DNA of 64,000 nucleotides from an uncultured Flavobacteriales bacterium. Its GTDB lineage: Bacteria; Bacteroidota; Bacteroidia; Flavobacteriales_G; JALEGO01. This document shows positions 9,209-18,238 of the stretch, one piece after another. The position numbers and the translations under genes were made by a program. The DNA lies in assembly GCA_964403835.1 (NCBI GenBank), contig CAYOHR010000005.1, positions 2,427 to 66,426 on the forward strand. The letters are read 5' to 3'. Within the stretch, counting starts at the first letter, position 1. The number at the start of each line of letters is the position of its first letter. The notes beneath the pieces are model-generated. The model was not told the DNA's origin and searched no databases. It was given only the letters and a program-made list of their open reading frames with translations.

Positions 9209-10633
9209 ATGGCACTGAATAAAACAAAAATAATCGCAACAATTGGCCCCGCATGCGCCTCTAAGGATGTTTTAAGAAACATGATTTTAGCGGGGGTGAA
9301 TGTTTTTAGGTTAAACTTTTCTCACAGTCGGCACGAAGAACACTTGCTGGCCGTAAATGCCATTAAAGAATTAAACGAAGAATTAAATACCTATGTGGCT
9401 GTATTAGCCGATTTGGGCGGACCAAAACTGCGCGTTGGTGAAATAGAAAACAACTCGGTTGTTTTAAAAGAAAACGAAATTATTACCATTAGCACCGATA
9501 AATTTGTGGGGACTTCTACCCGTATACCCATTAAATACTCGCATTTTGCGATTGATGTTAAACCAAAGGATAAAGTTTTAATTGACGATGGTAAACTTCA
9601 ATTAGAAGTAGTAGAAACCAACGGAAAAGATGAGGTAAAATGCAAGGTATTATACGGAGGTAATTTATCTTCCAATAAAGGAGTAAATCTCCCCTTAACT
9701 AAAATATCATTACCTAGTCTTACCCCGCATGACAAAAAGGATTTAGAGTTTATTTTAACGCTGGATGTTCAATGGATTGCGCTTTCTTTTGTGAGATCTG
9801 CTTCGGATATTATTGAATTAAAACACTTATTAAAAGAAGCTAAAAGTGATGCCCGTGTAATTGCTAAAATTGAAAAACCGGAAGCCATTTTAGAATTGGA
9901 TGATATTATTCGTGAAACCGATGCCATTATGGTGGCCCGGGGCGATTTGGGTGTGGAAATCCCAATCCAGGAGGTTCCTTTAATTCAGAAAGAAATGGTG
10001 GCGAAATGCCATACGGCTGCTAAACCGGTTATTATTGCTACACAAATGATGGAGACCATGATCCAAAACATTACTCCCACCCGTGCGGAAGTGAATGATG
10101 TGGCGAATGCGGTGATGGACGGCGCGGATGCAGTGATGTTAAGTGGTGAAACATCCGTTGGTAAATATCCGGTACAGGTGATTGAGATGATGTCCAAAAT
10201 TATTTACGAATCAGAAAAACACGAAGCCATTTATAATTTACATCACGAATTAAAATTAAACGATAAACGATTAGTGACGGATGCTGTTTGCCAAAGTGCC
10301 TGCGTACTTACTAAATCAGTAGGTGCAGCGGCCGTGGTTGCCATGACTTTTTCTGGTTATTCGGCTATTAAAATATCAAGTTATCGGCCTAAAACAAAAA
10401 TTTTCGCCTGCACAAGCAATCGAAAAATACTGAACACGTTAAGCTTGGTTTGGGGCGTATATGGCCTATACTACGATAAATTTGTAAGTACCGACCATAC
10501 CATTGCCGATATTAAATTTATATTGCGTAAAAACGGATTGGTGCAAGAAAATGATTTGGTCATTAATGTGGCCAGTATGCCTATTAATGAAAAAGGTCAA
10601 ACCAATATGATTAAACTAAGCCATGTAGAATAA
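9209..10633 (+). CDS. pyk: pyruvate kinase
   Basis: KIIATIGPA, RLNFSHS and MVARGDLGVEIP motifs; 474 aa. Confidence 0.95.
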   Translation: MALNKTKIIATIGPACASKDVLRNMILAGVNVFRLNFSHSRHEEHLLAVNAIKELNEELNTYVAVLADLGGPKLRVGEIENNSVVLKENEIITISTDKFVGTSTRIPIKYSHFAIDVKPKDKVLIDDGKLQLEVVETNGKDEVKCKVLYGGNLSSNKGVNLPLTKISLPSLTPHDKKDLEFILTLDVQWIALSFVRSASDIIELKHLLKEAKSDARVIAKIEKPEAILELDDIIRETDAIMVARGDLGVEIPIQEVPLIQKEMVAKCHTAAKPVIIATQMMETMIQNITPTRAEVNDVANAVMDGADAVMLSGETSVGKYPVQVIEMMSKIIYESEKHEAIYNLHHELKLNDKRLVTDAVCQSACVLTKSVGAAAVVAMTFSGYSAIKISSYRPKTKIFACTSNRKILNTLSLVWGVYGLYYDKFVSTDHTIADIKFILRKNGLVQENDLVINVASMPINEKGQTNMIKLSHVE

Positions 10634-10719
10634 GGTATTAAGTATTATGTCTTAAGTATTAAGAGGGGTTTAATTCTGTCTTTTTTACTTAATACGTAAT
10701 ACTTCGTACTTAATACTTT
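10632..10719. repeat. heptad-array hairpin element, pyk-M42 peptidase copy
   Basis: Left arm 10632-10663 (aaggtattaagtattatgtcttaagtattaag), 24-nt loop, right arm 10688-10719 (acttaat/acgtaat/acttcgt/acttaat). 25 of 32 positions complementary by hand. Confidence 0.75.
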
Positions 10720-10724
10720 TAAAG

Positions 10725-11771
10725 ATGAAACTAAACATTAAACTCCTAAAAGAAATTAGCGAAACGCCCGGCACATCAGGGTTTGAACAAAGAATAAGAG
10801 AAGTTGTATTGCGCGAATTAAAGGGACATGTAGATTCCGTTGAAATCGACAATATGGGCAATATTATTGCTTTAAAAAAAGGAAAAAGCCATGCCAAAAA
10901 AGTAATGTCGGCGGCGCACCTCGATGAAATTGGTTTCATGGTTAAACACATTGATGATGAAGGGTTTATTCGTTTTCATACATTGGGTGGCTTTGATGCA
11001 AAAACCCTTTCGTCGCAACGAGTTATTATTCATGGTAAAAAAAGTTTGGTGGGGGTAATGGGGAGCAAGCCCATTCACGTAATGACGGATGATGAACGCA
11101 ATAAAGCACCTAAAACAACTGATTATTTTATTGATTTAGGGCTTTCTAAAAAAGAAGTAATTAAATTTATTTCTGTGGGTAATCCTATAACCCGCGATCA
11201 AGATTTAATTGAAATGGGAAATAACGTGTCGGGTAAATCATTAGATAACCGAATCAGCGTTTTTATACTTATTGAAGCTTTAAAACTCCTAAAAAAGCCC
11301 GCCTACGATTTTTATGCGGTTTTTACGGTGCAAGAAGAAGTGGGTATTCGCGGAGCGCAAGTAGCCACTTTAAAAATTCAGCCTGATTTTGCCATTGCCT
11401 TAGACACTACTATTGCCTTTGATGTTCCGGGAGCCAGAGCCGATGAAGTGGTAACCAAATTAGGAGAGGGTACCGCAGTAAAAATCATGGACTCTTCCGT
11501 TATTTGCGATTATCGCATGGTTACTTTTTTGAAAGAAACTGCTGATAAAAATAAAATAAAATGGCAAAGTGAAATTTTAACGGCTGGAGGTACAGATACC
11601 TCTAATTTACAAAGAATGACACCCGGCGGATCTATTGCCGGCGCTATCTCTATTCCTACGCGCCATATTCACCAAACGGTCGAAATGGTCAATAAAGATG
11701 ATGTTATTGGATCTATTCAGCTCCTTAATTGTGCTTTAGAAGGCCTAGATAAGGGTAAGTGGGGGTTTTAA
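10725..11771 (+). CDS. M42 family metallopeptidase (FrvX/glutamyl aminopeptidase-like)
   Basis: AAHLDEIGFMV, SLDNR and QEEVGIRGA motifs; 348 aa. Confidence 0.85.
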   Translation: MKLNIKLLKEISETPGTSGFEQRIREVVLRELKGHVDSVEIDNMGNIIALKKGKSHAKKVMSAAHLDEIGFMVKHIDDEGFIRFHTLGGFDAKTLSSQRVIIHGKKSLVGVMGSKPIHVMTDDERNKAPKTTDYFIDLGLSKKEVIKFISVGNPITRDQDLIEMGNNVSGKSLDNRISVFILIEALKLLKKPAYDFYAVFTVQEEVGIRGAQVATLKIQPDFAIALDTTIAFDVPGARADEVVTKLGEGTAVKIMDSSVICDYRMVTFLKETADKNKIKWQSEILTAGGTDTSNLQRMTPGGSIAGAISIPTRHIHQTVEMVNKDDVIGSIQLLNCALEGLDKGKWGF

Positions 11772-11862
11772 TTTAAAGAACACACTTGTTGGCTTGCAGA
11801 AATAGGGTGCTAATTTTTGATAAAATTCTGGATCAGCACAACATTAGATGTTAATTTATGTA

Positions 11863-11870
11863 TAGATTTG
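11863..11870 (+). promoter_or_regulatory. -7 motif TAnnTTTG (tagatttg) upstream of the cupredoxin gene
   Basis: Exact motif 20 nt upstream of the ATG. Confidence 0.4.
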
Positions 11871-11890
11871 GCATCTAAAATTAAAACTAT

Positions 11891-12496
11891 ATGAAAAAAT
11901 CTTTCTTTTCTTTACTATTACTTTCAAGTGCTAAATTGGCTTTATGTACTCAGTTTACTATTGTTAATTCAGGCTCCACCTTTTCGCCGGATACCATAAC
12001 CATACAATTTGGTGATACCGTGAATTTTTCACTCGCATCAATTCACAATGCACGAGAAGTAAGCCAATCAACTTGGGCTGCAAATGGTTCAACAGCACTT
12101 TCTGGAGGATTTGAAACAGCATTTGGAGGTGGCGAAGTATTGCCTGCACAACTTACCGTTGGAACACACTATTATGTATGTCAACCCCATGCATCTATGG
12201 GCATGAAAGGAGTGATCATTGTAGAAACTGCTGTAAATACAAATGAGGTTAGCCAATTAAATAACATCTCAGTTTTTCCAAATCCAAGCAGCAATATGCT
12301 ATCGGTAAAACTAAATCCAAACATCACGGAGTCAAATTTTAATATTATTGATGAACTTGGAAAAATTGTTATGTCGGGTAAACTTAATAACAATCTAAGT
12401 TCTATTAACATTCAAAACTTAGTAACGGGTTTCTACTGGGTAGAAATTCTAGTTAGTAATGAATCAAAACAAACCTTTAAAATAATCAAAAAATAA
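11891..12496 (+). CDS. plastocyanin/azurin-like cupredoxin with T9SS type A C-terminal sorting domain
   Basis: Signal peptide; type-1 copper ligand loop YYVCQPHASMGMKG (C-x2-H-x4-M); C-terminal ISVFPNPSSNMLSV...GFYWVEI is a Por/T9SS sorting domain. Confidence 0.8.
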   Translation: MKKSFFSLLLLSSAKLALCTQFTIVNSGSTFSPDTITIQFGDTVNFSLASIHNAREVSQSTWAANGSTALSGGFETAFGGGEVLPAQLTVGTHYYVCQPHASMGMKGVIIVETAVNTNEVSQLNNISVFPNPSSNMLSVKLNPNITESNFNIIDELGKIVMSGKLNNNLSSINIQNLVTGFYWVEILVSNESKQTFKIIKK

Positions 12497-12525
12497 GCTG
12501 CTGTTTTCAGTAGAGATTGGCTACT

Positions 12526-13164
12526 TTAATAGTTCACCTCTACTGAAAACGCCTCTTTAGGCTCTTTGTGAAGCTTCCAAAATTGTTCAGCAATAGCCTT
12601 AGGCGAATGTTTAGGGCTTTGCGGAGCAATATATCCTAAAATATTTAAAATACCCAAATGAACATTTATTTCTTTAAAAGAAGCGTGCAAGGCTTTTACC
12701 AAATTTCTTTGCGCTGCTTTACCCATCGATAAGCCTAACCAATCGGCACTGGGATTGTCCGAAAACCCACCCCCGGTTACTAAAAAGCTGCCCTGGCCCT
12801 TTTTCTTAAAAATAGGGTATATGCTTTTTAAAGCCTGGTATAAACCTCCGGCGCTTACCTTTACATCTGTTAAAATATCTTCTAACTCATGCTCTAACAA
12901 ATTTGTTTTTCTGACCGATGAGGCATTATACAAAACAATATCCGGTTGGGTACTTTCTATTAATTCTTTTACACTGTTTGCGTCCGATGCGTCTACCGTT
13001 TTTACAATAGATTTCACACCATCAATCTCCAATTTATGTTGAAATTCCTTTAAGTTTTTTTCATTTCGGGCCGCCATAATAATAGGAAATCCACCTTTTC
13101 CAAACTTCTTAGCTAAAGCCATTCCCATTCCTTTTCCCATGCCAATAATTAGTACTTTTTTCAT
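12526..13164 (-). CDS. SDR-family NAD(P)-dependent oxidoreductase
   Basis: N-terminal Rossmann motif VLIIGMGKGMGMALA; 212 aa. Confidence 0.7.
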   Translation of the reverse strand: MKKVLIIGMGKGMGMALAKKFGKGGFPIIMAARNEKNLKEFQHKLEIDGVKSIVKTVDASDANSVKELIESTQPDIVLYNASSVRKTNLLEHELEDILTDVKVSAGGLYQALKSIYPIFKKKGQGSFLVTGGGFSDNPSADWLGLSMGKAAQRNLVKALHASFKEINVHLGILNILGYIAPQSPKHSPKAIAEQFWKLHKEPKEAFSVEVNY

Positions 13165-13228
13165 ACGCCAAGGTTTTTAAAGTTTCAAATCCTATTTTTC
13201 TAAGGGTAAAAATAAGATAATTTACATG

Positions 13229-13271
13229 CAATTTTAAATGTTATTTTAAGATTTTTTTACATTTAAAATTG
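13229..13271. promoter_or_regulatory. 13-bp perfect inverted repeat caattttaaatgt-N17-acatttaaaattg in a divergent promoter region
   Basis: Read directly; lies between the SDR gene (minus, start 13164) and the T9SS type B cargo gene (plus, start 13315). Confidence 0.4.
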
Positions 13272-13314
13272 TCAATATCATCAATTAAACTATTTTAGTA
13301 ACAAAATAAAACAC

Positions 13315-15018
13315 ATGTTGCCTTTTAAAAAATTGATAATTCTATTAGTTGTCGGCCTTTGCGCCTCAATTACACGAGCTACACCATTAGGAAAAGGAGG
13401 AAATAATGGGTCACATCAAACTAAATCTGCCAATCAAGCCCCTATCGCTATTGATGATATTGCACAAACCGGAGATACTACTTTAATTGAAGTAGATTTA
13501 ATAAGTGGTCCCGGCGATGATTATGATCCCGATGGAGATTCTTTATTCATTTCTATTATAAGTGGTCCTTTTTATGGATACGCTACTTTATTAGGCCCCG
13601 ACAGTATTTCTTATATTTCTAAACTAGGTTTTTGTGGGTATGATTATATTATCTATCGCGTTTGTGATAACGGACAACCTTCCTTATGTGATACCGCAAC
13701 GCTCTATATTGGCGTAACTCCAAAAGATGATGATGGAGATAAATTACCAAATTATTATGAGGGCTTTGCTTTGGATACCGATAATGATGGAATTTTAGAT
13801 TACCTCGATTTAGATACCGATAACGATGGTATTCCGGATAGTTTAGAGGCGCTTGGAAGTTTATTTGATATCTGCGATATTACTATTGCCGATAGCGATA
13901 AAGATGGCATTCCTGATCATAAAGATTTAGATAGCGATAACGATGGAGTGGCTGATATTGTAGAAGGAGGGAATCCTGATATTAATTCGGATGGAATAGT
14001 GGATGATTTTACGGATTTAAATCAAGATGGGATAAGTGATATAAATTCTATCAGCAATCCTGTTTCTACTGATACAGATGGAGTTCCAAATTATAAAGAT
14101 AAAGACAGCGACAACGACGGAATAACTGATTTAAAAGAATGTGGTGGGATAGATGAACAATCAAAAGGAACCATTGTGAATACATTTGTTGATAATGATC
14201 ACAATGGTTGGGATGATCATCAAGCGGTAACTTCCCTGCCTGATTTTGATAACGATGGAGTGCCTGATTATATCGATTTGGATAGCGATAATGATGGAAT
14301 AACCGATATTGTTGAAGCAAATTTTAAAGATATAAATGGCGATGCCGTGATTGATCTATTTTCAGACATTAATAAAGACGGAATGGACGATACTACGCGA
14401 ACTGGTGTTCCGATTGATTTTGATGCAGATGGGAAACCGGATTATGTAGACCTTGATTCAGATGATGATCGTTTAGAAGATATTATTGAAGCTGGCTCAA
14501 ACGGAAAAGATATCGATTATGATGGAATGATAGATATGTTTACGGATGCAAACAAAGACGGAATGGACGATTCGCGCATGGTGTTTTTTCCATTAGATAC
14601 CGATCAGGATTCAGCCTACGATTTTAGAGATTATGATTCAGACAATGATAAAATTGGCGATCAGTATGAAATTGATGAAGATGATAATGGAATACTAGAT
14701 GATTGTAATAAAGATGGTATTCCGGATTTCAGAGAAGCTGAAAATTGTATTGTCGAAGTTCCGGAAGCATTTTCGCCAAACAATGATCATGTAAACGATA
14801 AATTAATAATTCATGGGTTGTACCGATATCCAAAACACACATTAAAAATATTTAATCGCTGGGGAAATGTGGTTTACGAAGCAGCACCTTATGAAAATGA
14901 CTGGGCTGGTAATAATTCCCTTGATAGCGAGAACACGGTTCCAGATGGAGTTTATTTTTACACCCTCGACCTAGGCGATGGTCAATATAAAAATGGATCA
15001 ATCTACATTAAAAAATAG
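13315..15018 (+). CDS. T9SS type B (gliding motility-associated C-terminal domain) cargo protein with thrombospondin type-3-like calcium-binding repeats
   Basis: About ten DxDxDGxxDxxD repeats (DTDNDGIPD, DSDNDGVAD, DSDNDGITD and others); C-terminus PEAFSPNNDHVNDKL...IFNRWGNVVYE...GVYFY matches the CHU_C/type B sorting domain. Confidence 0.85.
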   Translation: MLPFKKLIILLVVGLCASITRATPLGKGGNNGSHQTKSANQAPIAIDDIAQTGDTTLIEVDLISGPGDDYDPDGDSLFISIISGPFYGYATLLGPDSISYISKLGFCGYDYIIYRVCDNGQPSLCDTATLYIGVTPKDDDGDKLPNYYEGFALDTDNDGILDYLDLDTDNDGIPDSLEALGSLFDICDITIADSDKDGIPDHKDLDSDNDGVADIVEGGNPDINSDGIVDDFTDLNQDGISDINSISNPVSTDTDGVPNYKDKDSDNDGITDLKECGGIDEQSKGTIVNTFVDNDHNGWDDHQAVTSLPDFDNDGVPDYIDLDSDNDGITDIVEANFKDINGDAVIDLFSDINKDGMDDTTRTGVPIDFDADGKPDYVDLDSDDDRLEDIIEAGSNGKDIDYDGMIDMFTDANKDGMDDSRMVFFPLDTDQDSAYDFRDYDSDNDKIGDQYEIDEDDNGILDDCNKDGIPDFREAENCIVEVPEAFSPNNDHVNDKLIIHGLYRYPKHTLKIFNRWGNVVYEAAPYENDWAGNNSLDSENTVPDGVYFYTLDLGDGQYKNGSIYIKK

Positions 15019-15023
15019 ATCTT

Positions 15024-16001
15024 ATGAATAAAATTATATTTCTTTTGATAAAAACTCCCCTCTTGAGAGGGGTTGGGGGTGTGTTTCTACCTTCATTTAA
15101 TGCTATTATGTGTTGTGTTTTAGTTATTGCAGGCAATAACCTACAGGCTCAGCAAGACCCCATGTACACCAATTACATGTTTAATACATTAGCTGTAAAT
15201 CCGGCCTATGCAGGCAGCCGAGATGCTTTGTCGGCTACGTTATTAAGCCGCAACCAATGGGTTGGTTTTGATGGCGCTCCATCTACCCAAACCCTAACCA
15301 TTCATTCGCCCTTAGGGTCTGAAAAATTGGGAGTAGGCTTTTCAGCCGTGCGCGATAAAATTGGCCCCGTTAATACCAATTCTTTTTATGGCGATTTTTC
15401 GTATAGAGTAAAAATGAGCGACGAGTCTCATTTATCTCTTGGATTAAAAGCCGGAATAAATACCTTGTCGGCCAATTTAAGTACCTTAAAAACAGATCAA
15501 TCCGGCGATGTTTCTTTTCAACAAAACATTGAAGGAAAAACCTTGCCAAATGTAGGTTTTGGAATGTATTATTATAGCCCAAAATATTATGTAGGTTTAT
15601 CTGCCCCAAAATTGCTCGAAAATACCTTCAGCTCCAACACACAGGCCTCTGAAAAAAGACATTATTACCTGATTGCAGGCGCAGTATTTAAAGTAAGTGA
15701 AGACATTAAATTTAAGCCCACTTTATTAACCAAATATGCCGCAAATGCTCCTATACAGGTTGATGTATCGGCTAATTTTTTATTCATTGAAAAATTATGG
15801 GCTGGAGTCATGTATCGTTCTAACGATGGAATAGGGGCCCTGGTAGGGTATCAAATAACGGATCAGTTCAGGGTCGGTTATGCTTATGATTACCCCACTT
15901 CGGTCATTAACAGATACAGTTCAGCATCGCACGAAATTATGATTAGCTATGACTTTATTTTTAATAATACAGCTCATATTAAATCACCCCGTTATTTCTA
16001 A
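15024..16001 (+). CDS. type IX secretion system membrane protein PorP/SprF family
   Basis: Mature N-terminus AQQDPMYTNYMFNTLAVNPAYAG is the family signature; start uncertain (ATG 15024 or 15108) because a GC-rich hairpin lies inside the first 50 nt. Confidence 0.85.
   Translation: MNKIIFLLIKTPLLRGVGGVFLPSFNAIMCCVLVIAGNNLQAQQDPMYTNYMFNTLAVNPAYAGSRDALSATLLSRNQWVGFDGAPSTQTLTIHSPLGSEKLGVGFSAVRDKIGPVNTNSFYGDFSYRVKMSDESHLSLGLKAGINTLSANLSTLKTDQSGDVSFQQNIEGKTLPNVGFGMYYYSPKYYVGLSAPKLLENTFSSNTQASEKRHYYLIAGAVFKVSEDIKFKPTLLTKYAANAPIQVDVSANFLFIEKLWAGVMYRSNDGIGALVGYQITDQFRVGYAYDYPTSVINRYSSASHEIMISYDFIFNNTAHIKSPRYF
15057..15072. other. GC-rich hairpin cccctc-ttga-gagggg followed by gttgggggtgtg
   Basis: Read directly; lies 39 nt after the cargo gene stop and inside the long-form porP/sprF ORF. 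Confidence 0.6.
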
Positions 16002-16019
16002 AATTAATTTTTTATTAAG

Positions 16020-18218
16020 ATGAAAAAAATCAGCCTTATTATATTCCTGTTTGCTTTTATTAATGTGTCTTTTTCTCAGACTAGAAAAGAAAGAAAAGCA
16101 GATCAGCTTTTTAATGCATATTCTTATACCCAGGCATTAGAGATTTATAAATTTATTCAGTTTACGGATACAAATAATATCCCCCTTATCCGCAAAATAG
16201 CCCTTTCTTTCAATCATTTGAACCAAAAAGACAGTGCTCAAAAATGGTACGCAAGGCTGTTTCAAAAAGACACTCTTTTAATAGCAGAAGATTATTATAA
16301 TTATTCCGAAATTTTAAAAAACCATAAACAGTATGCCGAATCGGATGTGTATCTTCAAAAATACAAAGATATGCAACCCTCGGATTCGCGCGCTGAACGT
16401 AAATTATCCTTAGAAAACTATGCCTCCAAATTAAGTGAGAATAAAGAGGAAATTATCATTAAAAATTTATCTATTAATACCTCTTCATCCGAATTTGCGC
16501 CGGCTTATTTTTTAAGCGATAAAATTGTTTTTACCCGATCTCATAAGGTAGTTGGGTTTATTTTACGAAATTATAATCGCACCCGAGCACCTTTCTTGCG
16601 TTTATTTGAGTCCGATATCGATAAAATCACACAAGACCTTCTAAAACCTAAACGCTTTAGCCATTATATTGAAAATAAGTTTCATAATGGCGCCGCAAGT
16701 TTTTCTGAGGATGGACAATATATCTTTTTTACTCAAAACTATGCTAAAAGAAAATCAAAAAAGAACTTAAAAATTGTATATACTGTCTTTAAAAATGGGG
16801 CTTGGGAAGCACCCGAAGAATTTCCATTTAATAAAGAAGAATACTCAAACGGACATCCATATTTAAGCAAAGACGGAAAAACACTTTATTTTGCCTCAGA
16901 TATGCCCGGTGGTTACGGCGGAAGCGATTTGTATTATTCGACCTGGAATACTGATGGAACCTGGAATACACCCGTAAATTTAGGTTCTTTAATAAATACA
17001 GAAGGACATGAATTATTTCCCTGTTTTAATAACCAAGATGTTTTATACTTTGCGTCTGACGGTTTGCTTGGTTTAGGTGGGTTAGATGTATATAAAAGTT
17101 ATTGGGACCATGCTGCTAAAAGCTTTAAAGCCCCAATTAACATGGACAGTCCAATTAATTCTTCGTACGATGATTTTTCTTTGGTAACAGATACCACCGG
17201 AATACGCGGTTATTTTGCTTCTAATCGCCCCGGAGGAAAAGGAGAAGATGATTTGTATTATTTTGTGAAGAAAAACGACAAAATTGCCGTTTCGGGTATT
17301 GCTAGGGATAAATCGTATAAAGGCACTGCCGTTTCGGGAGCCAGCATCATCCTTTCTAATTCAGAAGGAGTGAGCATTACAGAAGTAGCTTCTGATGCCG
17401 ATGGTAAATTTACGTTTGGTATGCAAAACGGAAAAAAATATAAATTAAAAGGTGAAAAAGCAGGTTATCTATCAGATGAAAAAGTGTTTGTATTTAAGCA
17501 GGAAGACGCCGATAAAAGCATTGATTTAGAATTAGAAAAAATATTAGATCTGCGCGTTAGCGGGATTGTAAAAGACGAAAAAACAAAATTACCCTTAGAA
17601 GGCGTTACTTTTAAAATCCTGGAACCCTTTACAAACCTTATTCTGTATGAAGGATTTACGAAAGCAGACGGAGAAATAACCATCCCTACAAAAGACAAAA
17701 AAATAGGAGAAAAAATTGAATGTCAAATTAAATTAGATAAACAGGGATATTTAGCCAAAGTGGTACCTATTTTAATTGTTATAAAAGATGAAGAACCTGT
17801 TTCGTTAAATGAAATAGCCGATATTAATTTGGATAAAATTGAAATTGGGGTTGATATAGGTAAATTGGTTGATTTAGAGCCTATTTATTTTGATTTAGGT
17901 AAATGGAACATTCGGCCCGATGCCGCTAAAGAGCTGGATAAAATTGTAAATGTAATGTTTGAGAACTTAAATATTACCATTGAATTAGGTTCGCACTGCG
18001 ATTCGAGAGGGAATGATGCTGAAAACCTTAAATTAAGTGATAAAAGAGCTAAAAGTTCGGCAGAATATATCATATCTAAAGGCATTGAAAAATCAAGAAT
18101 CAGCGGAAAAGGGTACGGAGAAAAGCAAATTTTAAACCATTGTAAAAATGGAGCAAAATGTACCGAAGAAGAACATCAACTAAACCGACGTACCGAGTTT
18201 AAAGTAGTGAAGATGTAG
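16020..18218 (+). CDS. OmpA-family protein with TPR/TolB-like beta-propeller and carboxypeptidase-regulatory-like repeats
   Basis: C-terminal OmpA peptidoglycan-binding domain (IYFDLGKWNIRPDAAKELD...NRRTEF); usual third gene after a type B cargo and PorP/SprF. Confidence 0.85.
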   Translation: MKKISLIIFLFAFINVSFSQTRKERKADQLFNAYSYTQALEIYKFIQFTDTNNIPLIRKIALSFNHLNQKDSAQKWYARLFQKDTLLIAEDYYNYSEILKNHKQYAESDVYLQKYKDMQPSDSRAERKLSLENYASKLSENKEEIIIKNLSINTSSSEFAPAYFLSDKIVFTRSHKVVGFILRNYNRTRAPFLRLFESDIDKITQDLLKPKRFSHYIENKFHNGAASFSEDGQYIFFTQNYAKRKSKKNLKIVYTVFKNGAWEAPEEFPFNKEEYSNGHPYLSKDGKTLYFASDMPGGYGGSDLYYSTWNTDGTWNTPVNLGSLINTEGHELFPCFNNQDVLYFASDGLLGLGGLDVYKSYWDHAAKSFKAPINMDSPINSSYDDFSLVTDTTGIRGYFASNRPGGKGEDDLYYFVKKNDKIAVSGIARDKSYKGTAVSGASIILSNSEGVSITEVASDADGKFTFGMQNGKKYKLKGEKAGYLSDEKVFVFKQEDADKSIDLELEKILDLRVSGIVKDEKTKLPLEGVTFKILEPFTNLILYEGFTKADGEITIPTKDKKIGEKIECQIKLDKQGYLAKVVPILIVIKDEEPVSLNEIADINLDKIEIGVDIGKLVDLEPIYFDLGKWNIRPDAAKELDKIVNVMFENLNITIELGSHCDSRGNDAENLKLSDKRAKSSAEYIISKGIEKSRISGKGYGEKQILNHCKNGAKCTEEEHQLNRRTEFKVVKM

Positions 18219-18238
18219 TGATTTGGCCAAGCAACTTT

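Noticed and set aside
13700-14700. Strong periodic repetition that could be mistaken for a tandem repeat or CRISPR-like array
   Set aside because: The periodicity is the in-frame DxDxDGxxD thrombospondin-type repeats of one continuous 567-aa ORF. The units are not identical at the DNA level and no spacer structure exists.
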